Assembly: GCA_002432945.1 (NCBI GenBank)
Contig: DJHE01000019.1
Span: 35,301 to 99,300, forward strand
DNA length: 64,000 nucleotides
Source of the DNA: Synergistaceae bacterium UBA5827
GTDB taxonomy: Bacteria; Synergistota; Synergistia; Synergistales; 79-D21
Direction of reading: 5' to 3'
In this document: positions 16,668-25,283 of the stretch, one piece after another
How the letters are laid out: every line of letters begins with the position of its first letter
Position numbering within the stretch: the first letter of the stretch is position 1
Translations under genes and position numbers: made by a program
The notes under the pieces: model-generated
What the model was told of the DNA's origin: nothing
Seen by the model: only the letters and a program-made list of their open reading frames with translations
Databases searched by the model: none

Positions 16668-17549
16668 TTGGACACATTGGTTCAACAGATCATCAACGGG
16701 CTTTCCCTCGGTTCCGTTTATGCGCTGATCGCGGTCGGTTACTCGCTGGTCTATTCCATCCTTCTTTTTTCCAATTTCGCCCACGGTGGCTTCCTGGTCA
16801 TCGGAGGTTACATCTGCTACTACACACTGGCTGCCCTGGGAAATAACATTTGGCTATCCGGCCTTACGGCCATGGTTGGCGCGGGCGTGATCGCAATCCT
16901 GGTCGAGAGACTTGCCTACAAGCCCATCAGGGAGAGGACGAACGTCACCCTATACCTGCTGATCGCCTCCATGGGCATGAGCATCGTCATAGAGAACGTT
17001 TTCGTCGTTACTGTAGGAGGACGCTTCCGGGCACTTCCCCCTGTCATCCCCACCGACCCCGTCAATTTCTTCGGATTGGCCACGACAAGCGCTTTCGACC
17101 TTCTCTCCCTTGCGATGGCCGTCCTTTTCCTGACGGCACTCCAACTCTTCCTGAGCAAGACGAAATGGGGGCTCGCAATCCGCGCAGCATCTTACGACCT
17201 TCGCACCTCGGGCCTTATGGGCGTCAACGTGAACCGCTTGATTTCCATCGTCTTCTTCGTTGCGGGATTCCTCGCCGCAGTGGGAGGAATCTTCCTGTCG
17301 GTCCGTTATACCCTTTATCCGCAGCTGGGCTTCATCACAATCAAGGCCTTTGTCGCGGCGGTCATCGGCGGGCTGGGCAGCTTGCCCGGAGCGGTCCTGG
17401 GCAGCCTGATCCTGGGCCTTGCCGAGATGTTGACGGCAGGCTTCATTTCAAGCCAGATGCGAGATCTCGTCGTCTTCGGCATGCTGGTCCTTACGCTTCT
17501 CTGGAGGCCTTCCGGCCTCTTGGGCAAGCAGGTCAGCGAAAAGGTCTAG
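16668..17549 (+). CDS. livH: branched-chain amino acid ABC transporter permease
   Basis: LVQQIINGLSLGSVYALIAVGYSLVY is a canonical LivH N-terminus. TTG start after AGAGAGG. Confidence 0.92.
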   Translation: MDTLVQQIINGLSLGSVYALIAVGYSLVYSILLFSNFAHGGFLVIGGYICYYTLAALGNNIWLSGLTAMVGAGVIAILVERLAYKPIRERTNVTLYLLIASMGMSIVIENVFVVTVGGRFRALPPVIPTDPVNFFGLATTSAFDLLSLAMAVLFLTALQLFLSKTKWGLAIRAASYDLRTSGLMGVNVNRLISIVFFVAGFLAAVGGIFLSVRYTLYPQLGFITIKAFVAAVIGGLGSLPGAVLGSLILGLAEMLTAGFISSQMRDLVVFGMLVLTLLWRPSGLLGKQVSEKV

Positions 17550-17560
17550 GAGGCGTTTCC

Positions 17561-18451
17561 ATGTCAGGGTACGTTGAAGGAATCATCATTCTCCTTTTCA
17601 TCAACGGCATCGCCGCCATGGGAGTTTCCCTGCTGACCGGCTTCACCGGAGTATTCACCCTTGGCCATGCGGGCTATATGGCCATCGGAGCCTACACGGC
17701 AGCCATCATGACGGTCCGATTTGGCATTCACTGGCTTCCTGCGATTGTTGCCGGAGGGATCATCGCAATGGTCCTGGCCTACCTTATCGGGGTCCCGACT
17801 TTGCGCCTGATGGGCGATTATTACGCCATCGCCTCCATTGGCCTCGGGGAATCCATCCGCCTCGTGCTGGAGAACTGGCAATCTTTCACCCGTGGAGCCC
17901 GTGGCTACCCGGGAATCGACAATTACACGACCCTCACCGTCGCCGCAGCCTTTTTCGTCGTCATGGCAGCGTTGATGTTCTATTTGATACGAAGCAACTT
18001 CGGGCGGGCCTTCAAGGCATGCCGCGATGACTATATCGCCGCTTCGCTGTTGGGCTTCAACACGGCACGCTACCGGGTGCTCAGCCTCTCGATCTCCGCA
18101 TTCTACTGCGGAGTGGCAGGGGCACTCATGGCCGGTTTCCTGACCTTCATCCAGCCCGTCATGTTTGACTTGAACAAGTCGACGGAGCTGACAGCGGTCG
18201 TCGTCTTCGGCGGTCTCGGGTCATTGAGCGGAAGTCTTATCGGCACGGCGGTCATCACCCTGGTGACCGAACTCTTCCGCCCAATTTCCCAGTACCGAAT
18301 GTTGATTTACGGGGCTGTCATGGTCATTATCATGGTGGCACGCCCTGAGGGAATCATGGGCCAGCACGAGTTGGGTCCCCGTTTCATCAAATCCCTCTTT
18401 AAGCGAAACAACGGCCCCTCAAAGGCAGTGGAAGGGAGTGACGGCCTATGA
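17561..18451 (+). CDS. livM: branched-chain amino acid ABC transporter permease
   Basis: LLTGFTGVFTLGHAGYMAIGAYT is typical of LivM. ATG 17561 follows AGGAGG. The ORF-track start at 16850 is another frame within livH. Confidence 0.9.
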   Translation: MSGYVEGIIILLFINGIAAMGVSLLTGFTGVFTLGHAGYMAIGAYTAAIMTVRFGIHWLPAIVAGGIIAMVLAYLIGVPTLRLMGDYYAIASIGLGESIRLVLENWQSFTRGARGYPGIDNYTTLTVAAAFFVVMAALMFYLIRSNFGRAFKACRDDYIAASLLGFNTARYRVLSLSISAFYCGVAGALMAGFLTFIQPVMFDLNKSTELTAVVVFGGLGSLSGSLIGTAVITLVTELFRPISQYRMLIYGAVMVIIMVARPEGIMGQHELGPRFIKSLFKRNNGPSKAVEGSDGL

Positions 18452-19227
18452 ACGACACCGTCCTCAAGCTCGATCACGTCAACAAGTATTTTGGAGGTGT
18501 CCATGCCGTCCAGGACATGAGCTTCACCCTGGAGAAGGGCGAGCTTGCCGGTCTGATCGGCCCCAACGGGGCGGGCAAGACCACGATCTTCAACCTGATC
18601 ACGGGCGTCTATGATGTGGACAGCGGTGGCATACTCTTCGGGGGTGAGGACATTACCCCCTACAAAACCTACGAGGTCGTCCGCAAGGGCATCGCAAGGA
18701 CCTTCCAGAACCTCAGGCTCTTTCCCCGGTCCACTGTCCTTGAAAACGTCATGACTGCCTGCCAGCAGCACTACCAGTACAATTTCTTCGAAGCGGCGAC
18801 ACACATGGGACGTTGGAAATCCCTGGAAGGGAAAATCCGGGAACAGAGCATGATCCTCCTGGAGCGCGTGGGCCTTGCCGAACTTGCGGAACAGGCCGCG
18901 GGCACTCTGCCATATGGGCACCAGCGGCGCCTGGAAATCGCCCGTGCTTTGTCCCTGCAACCTAGCCTGCTACTTCTCGACGAGCCTGCCGCAGGAATGA
19001 ACCCGGATGAAGTCCAGGACCTGAATGGGCTGATAACAAAGATTCATAGCGATTTCGACTTGACCATCCTCGTAATTGAGCACCACATGGAACTGGTGAT
19101 GGAGATTTGCCCCCACATAGTCTGCATGAATTTCGGCGCCAAGATCGCAGAGGGAGACCCGGACCATATCCAGAACCATCCCGAGATTCTCAAGGCCTAC
19201 CTCGGCGAGGAGGTGTTGGAAGCATGA
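18448..19227 (+). CDS. livG: branched-chain amino acid ABC transporter ATP-binding protein
   Basis: Walker A GPNGAGKTT, signature YGHQRRLEIA, Walker B LLLLDEP. Overlaps the livM stop. Confidence 0.92.
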   Translation: MNDTVLKLDHVNKYFGGVHAVQDMSFTLEKGELAGLIGPNGAGKTTIFNLITGVYDVDSGGILFGGEDITPYKTYEVVRKGIARTFQNLRLFPRSTVLENVMTACQQHYQYNFFEAATHMGRWKSLEGKIREQSMILLERVGLAELAEQAAGTLPYGHQRRLEIARALSLQPSLLLLDEPAAGMNPDEVQDLNGLITKIHSDFDLTILVIEHHMELVMEICPHIVCMNFGAKIAEGDPDHIQNHPEILKAYLGEEVLEA

Positions 19228-19970
19228 GCGACATCCTGCAGCAACAACAGCCACTCCTCTCGGTTATGGACCTTCACGTTTCATATGGTGCAATCAAGGC
19301 CGTAAGGGGATTCAACCTTGATGTCTACCCAGGGGAGATCGTCTGCGTCATTGGTTCCAATGGGGCAGGAAAATCGACCCTCATGAATGCAATCATGGGA
19401 AACGTCAAGCGACAAGGAGGCCAGGTTCTTTTCGAGGGAAAACCCTTGGACGGCCAAAGCTTCCAGATCGTCACAAAGGGCATCTCCCTGGCTCCTGAAG
19501 GACGTAAGGTATTTGCACCCCTGACCGTCTACGAGAACCTCATGATGGGGGCCTTCCCGGTCAACGACAAGGCCAAGGTAAAGAAAGACCTTGAGTGGGT
19601 TTACACGCTCTTTCCCCGTCTCAGGGAGCGCATGGCCCAATACGCGGGGACCCTTTCAGGCGGCGAACAGCAAATGTTGGCCATTGGCCGGGCACTGATG
19701 GCCAGCCCACGCCTGCTTCTACTGGACGAACCTTCCCTGGGACTCGCTCCGATCATCATCAAGGATATCTTCAGGGAGTTAAAACGGATCAACGAGGAGG
19801 GCGTCACGATTCTTCTCGTGGAACAAAATGCCAGGCAGGCACTTCTCCTGTCTCACAGGGGATATGTCATGCAGACGGGCCAGCTTGTCATGGAGGGCGA
19901 TGCAAAGGAACTCCTCCACAACCCCGATATCCAGGCCGCCTATCTGGGAACGGGCAAAAAGACCCATTAA
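19224..19970 (+). CDS. livF: branched-chain amino acid ABC transporter ATP-binding protein
   Basis: Walker A GSNGAGKST, signature LSGGEQQMLAIGRAL, Walker B LLLLDEPS. ATGA overlap with the livG stop. Confidence 0.92.
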   Translation: MSDILQQQQPLLSVMDLHVSYGAIKAVRGFNLDVYPGEIVCVIGSNGAGKSTLMNAIMGNVKRQGGQVLFEGKPLDGQSFQIVTKGISLAPEGRKVFAPLTVYENLMMGAFPVNDKAKVKKDLEWVYTLFPRLRERMAQYAGTLSGGEQQMLAIGRALMASPRLLLLDEPSLGLAPIIIKDIFRELKRINEEGVTILLVEQNARQALLLSHRGYVMQTGQLVMEGDAKELLHNPDIQAAYLGTGKKTH

Positions 19971-20007
19971 CTTTCGAGACTTGAGCGTTCCACGAGTTCC
20001 GCAAACG

Positions 20008-20044
20008 AAAAAGGGGATCCCGCAAAAAGCGGGATCCCCTTTTT
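20008..20044. terminator. bidirectional rho-independent terminator (livF / skp)
   Basis: Perfect 11-bp stem GGGGATCCCGC-AAAAA-GCGGGATCCCC, flanked by A5 on the left and T5 on the right. Confidence 0.85.
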
Positions 20045-20071
20045 CCTCTAAAACAGGTTAATCTGCCAGCG

Positions 20072-20512
20072 CTAGTTGGAGAACTTCTTCTTCAGTTCCT
20101 GGATAACATCATCCGTGATGTCTAGTCCCCCCATGAAAACCTGGGCCTTATCGAGGACGATGGTCAACCCCTTTGCCTTTGCAATGGAGCGGATCGCAAG
20201 GTCTATATCCTTGAAGAGGGGGGCCATGAGCTTCTGTTCTTCCGTGGCTGCCTCGTTGCGCTTCGTCTGGTAGATTTCAGCCTTTTTCTTGTTGTCCTGC
20301 TCCTTGTCAATAGCCGCTTTCGCCTCGGCCTGCTTCTTCTGGACAACAGCCTGGACCTGCTTCTGCACCTGTGCCATCTTCGGGTGCTGGAAAAGGACCT
20401 TTTGCGGTTCGATGACGCCGATTTTTTCATCCGCCAGGGCCACGCCGGCAACCATTGTCAGGATGAAGGCTGAGAGAACTGCGAGGAGAACCATTTTCTT
20501 GCTCGAAACCAT
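20072..20512 (-). CDS. skp: OmpH/Skp-family periplasmic chaperone
   Basis: Signal peptide, then a Lys/Gln/Ala-rich coiled region and C-terminal KGLTIVLDK...DITDDVI. RBS AAGGAGGG. Confidence 0.8.
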   Translation of the reverse strand: MVSSKKMVLLAVLSAFILTMVAGVALADEKIGVIEPQKVLFQHPKMAQVQKQVQAVVQKKQAEAKAAIDKEQDNKKKAEIYQTKRNEAATEEQKLMAPLFKDIDLAIRSIAKAKGLTIVLDKAQVFMGGLDITDDVIQELKKKFSN

Positions 20513-20552
20513 CGAACACCCTCCTTTTGATTTTTCCGGGCTACGGTGATAG

Positions 20553-20581
20553 ATTCTACTCTCACACGCATCCGAAGTCTA
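20553..20581 (-). promoter_or_regulatory. candidate skp promoter TAGACT-17-TAGAAT
   Basis: Hexamers read on the minus strand, with a 17-nt spacer. It overlaps the divergent promoter candidate below. Confidence 0.35.
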
Positions 20582-20589
20582 GGTATAAT
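20561..20589 (+). promoter_or_regulatory. candidate promoter CTCACA-17-TATAAT for the DUF3343 gene
   Basis: Consensus -10 TATAAT at 20584-20589, 43 nt upstream of ATG 20632. The -35 matches 4 of 6 positions. Confidence 0.45.
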
Positions 20590-20631
20590 TACGTAACAGT
20601 CCACTTTCCCATTCGATCGGAGGGCGCCACA

Positions 20632-20847
20632 ATGGAATGCCTCGCGACGTTCGACACCACCCACATGGCTCTTCTTTTCGAGAAGGCGTGCAGGGCTTCA
20701 GGCTTATCGGCAAGAATCGTTCCCGTACCCCGCGAACTTTCCGCGAGTTGCGGACTTGCCTGCACCTACCCTTGCAACAGGGAAGAAGAGGTCAAACAGA
20801 TCTGCCATGACAAAAAGGTGGAAACGGCCGGTTTTCACCGTCTATAA
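20632..20847 (+). CDS. DUF3343-domain protein (putative Se/S carrier-like)
   Basis: 71 aa. ATFDTTHMALLFEKACRASGLSARIVPVPRELSASCGLA matches the DUF3343 pattern as I recall it. ATG follows GGAGGG. Confidence 0.65.
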   Translation: MECLATFDTTHMALLFEKACRASGLSARIVPVPRELSASCGLACTYPCNREEEVKQICHDKKVETAGFHRL

Positions 20848-21170
20848 CCAGGCCTATCTCCATTATCATTTGATTTCTCCCCCGGTTTGACTGGCGATTT
20901 TGGTGGGATCTGGGTCGGAAAGTATTTCCTCCAGAAAAGAAGATCAAGGCCCCACCAGAAGAGAAGTCCAACGGCGACAATGGAAATCGACAAGACAAAC
21001 AGCCCTGGCTTTCCTGGATGAACACCCTCTTGCAACACCAGGAGCGAATCTTTTCCCGGGGTAAATGCTTGCCTTACCAACCAGCCGATCGCCAGAAACA
21101 GCGAAAACCACATCAACCACCATCCCCGGCGTGCCAAGGACCACTCTAAAGGCCTAAACGTGGATCGCAT
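20835..21170 (-). CDS. small membrane protein, two predicted TM helices, unknown function
   Basis: Hydrophobic segments WWLMWFSLFLAIGWLV and LFVLSISIVAVGLLFWWGLDLLFW. GGAGGGAGG sits just upstream of the ATG. Overlaps the comF stop by 17 nt. Confidence 0.55.
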   Translation of the reverse strand: MRSTFRPLEWSLARRGWWLMWFSLFLAIGWLVRQAFTPGKDSLLVLQEGVHPGKPGLFVLSISIVAVGLLFWWGLDLLFWRKYFPTQIPPKSPVKPGEKSNDNGDRPGYRR

Positions 21171-21870
21171 CCTCCCTCCACTGCACGGAAAAGGGCTCCA
21201 GAGGGCTCATCGCCCAACAATAGGCCCCCTTCAGGGGGACTCCTGAAAGCTTTAGTGCTTCCGAAGCCCGAAGAAGTGTCGTGCCGGTCGTGAAGACATC
21301 GTCAACAAGGAAAACCGGGGTTTCGACCTGGGACCCTCGCCAACGAAAGGCGTCCTTCGGCAGGGCCCGCCTTTCAAAAGCATTCCTTGCCACCTGGGAG
21401 TGAACCGACCGTGTCCACTCAAGCCCAGTAAGAACCGTTGCCCCCCACTCCCTAGCCATCCCGCGGGCAAGCAATTCAGCCTGGTTGTAGGACCGTGGGG
21501 AATCTTTATGAAGGGGCACGGGAACAAGAACCGATCCCGGGTCCTCGTGATAAAGCCTCGCAAGAGCCTTTCCCATTTCAAAAGCCAATTTGCGGTGCCC
21601 CGAATACTTAGCCAGGTGAACGACATCCCTGGCCTTCCCTTCGTGCCAGGTTCCCGTACGGATAAAGGAAGCGTGCGAGGCAATCCCGCAAGGGAAAGGG
21701 CCGCCCCCGCACTCTAGGCATCGGTCCTGCATCCCGACCAGCAATCCATCGAGGCAGGACGGACAACCGACCGTCCCGAGCCTTCCGCAAACAGGGCAGG
21801 TTGAAGGCCACAGGAAATGGCAGAGGATTTCCCATACCTGTCTTCCTGCGGCTTCAACCCTGCTCTTCAT
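21154..21870 (-). CDS. comF: ComF-family protein (phosphoribosyltransferase domain)
   Basis: N-terminal Cys pairs CPVCG...CPSC and the C-terminal PRPP-binding motif VFLVDDVFTTGTT. Confidence 0.85.
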   Translation of the reverse strand: MKSRVEAAGRQVWEILCHFLWPSTCPVCGRLGTVGCPSCLDGLLVGMQDRCLECGGGPFPCGIASHASFIRTGTWHEGKARDVVHLAKYSGHRKLAFEMGKALARLYHEDPGSVLVPVPLHKDSPRSYNQAELLARGMAREWGATVLTGLEWTRSVHSQVARNAFERRALPKDAFRWRGSQVETPVFLVDDVFTTGTTLLRASEALKLSGVPLKGAYCWAMSPLEPFSVQWREDAIHV

Positions 21871-21894
21871 TTCGCCAAGCTGAGCCTTTCAGTT

Positions 21895-23100
21895 TCAGGC
21901 TTTAGAGGCTGCCGACGATAGGCTTTCGACCCTGTCCAACTTCTCCCATGCAGGAAGGGGTGCCAGATCGATACGCCCCATGTGCCCATAGGCGGCAACC
22001 CGACGATACTGGGGTTTACGAAGATCAAGGTCGCGGATTATCGCAGCCGGCCGGAAGTCAAAATTCTCTGACACCAGGCGAGTCAGTGTTTCATCCGGCA
22101 GCTTGCCTGTCCCATAGGTATGCACCATCAAGGAGACAGGGTGCGCTACGCCTATGGCGTAAGCCACCTGGATTTGGCAACGATCTGCGAGTCCTGCGGC
22201 AACGACGTTTTTGGCCGCATACCGCGTCATGTAGGCCGCTGAACGGTCCACCTTGGTGGGATCCTTCCCCGAGAAACAGCCGCCTCCATGAGGAACGACT
22301 CCTCCGTAAGTGTCCACGATGATCTTTCGCCCCGTTAAACCTGTATCTGCGAGCGGACCTCCCTGGACGAACCGTCCAGTCGGATTGATGAGAATCCTGG
22401 GTTTCCTCTCCCTAAGGTGGCCGGGAATGGTGGGCAGGATCAACCTTTCGACCAGATCGGTTTCGATTTCTGCCTGGTCGACCGCCGGGTGATGCTGTGT
22501 GGACACCACGACAGTCTCAACTCGAACGGGCTTGTCCCCGTGGTATTCGACCGTGACCTGGGTTTTGCCGTCAGGCCGCAGGTAGGGAAGGATCTTTTCC
22601 TTTCTCAGGGAAGCAAGCCCCCTGGAGAGGCGATGAGCCAGGGCGATGGGCAAGGGAAGGAATTCCTCGGTCTCATTCGTGGCGTAACCGATCATCATGC
22701 CCTGGTCGCCTGCCCCGATCCGGTCGATTTCCTGCTCGCTCATGTGGGATTCCCGCGCTTCAAGGGCCCGGTCAACACCCTGCGCAATATCCTTGGACTG
22801 TTCGTCGATCGCGGTGAGGACCGCACAGGTGTCTCCATCAAACCCGTACTTCGCCCTGGTGTAACCGATCTCCTTCACGATCTTCCTCGCAAGGTTCGGG
22901 ATATCGACATAACATTCCGTGGTGATCTGGCCAGCGACCATCACAAGCCCGGTCGCCACCATGCATTCACAGGCGACTCTCCCCATGGGATCCTCTTTCA
23001 GGATCGCGTCGAGAACTCCGTCCGAAATCTGGTCTGCAAGCTTATCGGGATGCCCCTCCGTGACGGACTCAGAGGTAATGAAACTTTTCTCGTTCATCAT
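21895..23100 (-). CDS. metK: S-adenosylmethionine synthetase
   Basis: [29 protein letters not shown] and [16 protein letters not shown]. Start at ATG 23100. The ORF-track TTG at 23121 overlaps the SD GGAGGTG. Confidence 0.95.
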   Translation of the reverse strand: MMNEKSFITSESVTEGHPDKLADQISDGVLDAILKEDPMGRVACECMVATGLVMVAGQITTECYVDIPNLARKIVKEIGYTRAKYGFDGDTCAVLTAIDEQSKDIAQGVDRALEARESHMSEQEIDRIGAGDQGMMIGYATNETEEFLPLPIALAHRLSRGLASLRKEKILPYLRPDGKTQVTVEYHGDKPVRVETVVVSTQHHPAVDQAEIETDLVERLILPTIPGHLRERKPRILINPTGRFVQGGPLADTGLTGRKIIVDTYGGVVPHGGGCFSGKDPTKVDRSAAYMTRYAAKNVVAAGLADRCQIQVAYAIGVAHPVSLMVHTYGTGKLPDETLTRLVSENFDFRPAAIIRDLDLRKPQYRRVAAYGHMGRIDLAPLPAWEKLDRVESLSSAASKA

Positions 23101-23119
23101 TGACCTGTTGCACCTCCTC

Positions 23120-23160
23120 AAAAAAGTAGCCCTCCCCCGTGTCTTTCTCGGGGTTAAGGG
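23120..23160 (-). terminator. terminator-like hairpin + U6 in the metK leader (terminator of the upstream GNAT unit or an attenuator)
   Basis: Minus strand reads CCCT-TAA-CCCCG / loop AGAAAGACA / CGGGG-G-AGGG (9 bp with an internal loop), then CTAC-TTTTTT. This is immediately followed by SD GAGGAGG and the metK ATG. Confidence 0.5.
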
Positions 23161-23212
23161 CAGATGACGCCACTCCCGAAAGGGATCTGGTCCTCAACTC
23201 TTTCCCGAACTC

Positions 23213-23638
23213 CTACGAATACTCGATCGGGCAACGAAGCAACATCAACAGCCCTTCTTTCGGCTCAAAACCAAGCTGGGCCAGGAAGGGAGCCAGTTCG
23301 CTCGTATAGGTGACCACAAGAGGGATTTCCCGCATGGCGGGATGCTCGACCGCATAGCGTATCAAAGCGGTCCCCAGCCCCTTGCCCTGATGATCCGGGT
23401 GCACCAGCACGTCCCAAAGGGAAGCACGAAAAACGAAATCGGTAAGAACCCTGCAAAAGGCAACCAACTTCCCTTCGTACTGGGCAGAAAAACAGATGCT
23501 TGTACCCGCAAGCATTCGCTCGATCTGCTCCAATGACCTGCTTCTTCCCCACCGGGTGAAGCGATAAAGATCTTGGAGTTCGCTCGCTTTTACGGCAAGC
23601 TTGCTATCGTAAAACAGATATGTTGTCTCTAGAGGCAT
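23213..23638 (-). CDS. GNAT-family N-acetyltransferase
   Basis: 141 aa with the acetyl-CoA binding segment VLVHPDHQGKGLGTALIRYAVE. Confidence 0.85.
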   Translation of the reverse strand: MPLETTYLFYDSKLAVKASELQDLYRFTRWGRSRSLEQIERMLAGTSICFSAQYEGKLVAFCRVLTDFVFRASLWDVLVHPDHQGKGLGTALIRYAVEHPAMREIPLVVTYTSELAPFLAQLGFEPKEGLLMLLRCPIEYS

Positions 23639-23862
23639 CCGTTCGCCTTTACGCCAACGTGATCATCGCTGCACGCGAAGGACATTCCCCCCAGGATGCG
23701 TCGAAGATCCCCACCTCTCGCATCGGCACTTACTGAAAGTTGCATGACCTGGCCAGTCCCGCAACATTCACAGATCCAGGTCGCGCGAGCCATACCGTCG
23801 CTATCGGGCGTTCCAGGCAATATCTTTACACCGCCGCAAACTTGACATGCCACGATCAACAT
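23629..23862 (-). CDS. small Cys-rich hypothetical protein (possible zinc ribbon)
   Basis: 77 aa. CQVCG...CECCG pairs. Overlaps the GNAT start by 10 nt. No family recognised. Confidence 0.45.
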   Translation of the reverse strand: MLIVACQVCGGVKILPGTPDSDGMARATWICECCGTGQVMQLSVSADARGGDLRRILGGMSFACSDDHVGVKANGCL

Positions 23863-23892
23863 CAGTGATCCTTCCTCTCTTCAAGCCCCGGT

Positions 23893-25095
23893 TTAGGAGG
23901 AATGCTTCAGGACAATTCTAACGCGAACAGGGCCCTCGCTGTACACATCCTCCTCGGCCTCCACAATGATTGTCATGGCTGTTGAGGCTTCGGTAATTCG
24001 TTCAACCGAGCTATAAAAATCGCCGGCGGAAAGGTTGCCGACCGTTCCTCTCAAAGGGTCGGGAATCACGCCTTCCTGTATTGAAAGCGTGTTGACTTCC
24101 CTTAGGAGGAGGTAAAGTTCCCTTTCCACTTCTTCCCTGTCCAGGGAGGAAGGAAGTTTCTTCTTGCCCAGGACCTGCCCTTTCTTGAAAACCAGCTGGC
24201 TTTCATGTACATCCAGGGACACGAGAACCGGTTCTTCTCTAACGGCATTTGACTCGGCCACAAGCCTGATCACTATCCTGGATGGTCGGCCGGCGAAAGG
24301 ATCCGGGTTATCAAGCTCGTTTTCCTTCTCCGAGAGGATTCGGACAAGATCGGGTTTTACCCCGGACCGAAGTGCAAGCTCCATCCGCGCTTCCTCCACA
24401 AGGGTCGATAAAGCCGACTTTACCGCATCCTTACTGCTTTTCTGTGGCACAGGAACCTGCGCCAACACCTCTTTAGCCAGTACGATGATCCTCCCCTCGC
24501 GAACCTGTTCCAGGCCTTTCTTTAGGGAGTCCATCTCGGTTTTCAGGTAGGCAACCGACTTTTCCAATGCCGCACGCTTGATCTCCAGCCCCTTGAGTTC
24601 CTCTTCCAGCCGAACGCGCTCAAGCTCTACGGCGGCAGACTTTTCGGTCTGGGTCTTCAACTCGCGCCGGACCTGGGCTAATTGCCCGAGAACCGTTTCG
24701 AATTTATCCTGTGCCGCTTTCAGTTCGTCCTGTTTTTTTTGCAGTTCGTCCTGGCTCGCAAAAAGCTTGAACTCCATTTCCTGAAGTTCCTGGCGGCTTT
24801 CCTGTAGCTGGGATGTCAACTGTGTAATTTGCCGCTGGACGAATTTCATGCTAAAAAGTGCCGTTCGCACCGTTTCTGAGGTCATCGAAAGAAACCAAAG
24901 GGTAACGACCGTAATGAGGATTCCCGTAAGTACAGTGATAAAAGAGGAAGTGTATCGCGGTCGGAGTCCGAAAAGGGAGATCCGCCTTTTGCCGATTCTC
25001 ATCCCTACGACATCGCCGACATATGCAACGATCGCACTGGCTCCAATGAGAGACAGGATCAGCATCCAGTTGAGCTCTGAAAGGAAGTCCTGCAA
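23893..25095 (-). CDS. DUF3084-family membrane-anchored coiled-coil protein
   Basis: N-terminal TM segments (GDVVGMRIGKRRISLFGLRPRY) are followed by a long Q/E/L-rich coiled coil. TTG start 7 nt after GAGGA. Confidence 0.65.
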   Translation of the reverse strand: MQDFLSELNWMLILSLIGASAIVAYVGDVVGMRIGKRRISLFGLRPRYTSSFITVLTGILITVVTLWFLSMTSETVRTALFSMKFVQRQITQLTSQLQESRQELQEMEFKLFASQDELQKKQDELKAAQDKFETVLGQLAQVRRELKTQTEKSAAVELERVRLEEELKGLEIKRAALEKSVAYLKTEMDSLKKGLEQVREGRIIVLAKEVLAQVPVPQKSSKDAVKSALSTLVEEARMELALRSGVKPDLVRILSEKENELDNPDPFAGRPSRIVIRLVAESNAVREEPVLVSLDVHESQLVFKKGQVLGKKKLPSSLDREEVERELYLLLREVNTLSIQEGVIPDPLRGTVGNLSAGDFYSSVERITEASTAMTIIVEAEEDVYSEGPVRVRIVLKHSS

Positions 25096-25283
25096 TTTCC
25101 CGTCCTCTTTCCACGTTTGACTTTCCGAATCGGGGTTTCGGATCGGCTCAAGCCTACCATAAAACCCCCTCGATGCAAATCGGCATGGTTACGGACTTTT
25201 TCAGGACCAAAATGGGGGAGACGGTTCCCCGCCCCCCCCTCGAACCCATTATTTCAACCTTGCGCGCCGCATATATTCCTATT

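Noticed and set aside
23101-23212. A SAM-I (S-box) or SMK-box riboswitch in front of metK
   Set aside because: By eye I could not find the conserved SAM-I core strings or the SMK SD/anti-SD arrangement. Only a terminator-like hairpin is supported. It is kept as an open attenuator question in the findings, not called as a riboswitch.
25232-25239. A C8 homopolymer (G8 on the minus strand) in the lat-DUF3084 spacer as a phase-variation tract
   Set aside because: It lies in non-coding DNA next to a weak 5-bp hairpin. It has no clear relation to a promoter spacer or a reading frame. G/C runs of this length are unremarkable in GC-rich genomes.
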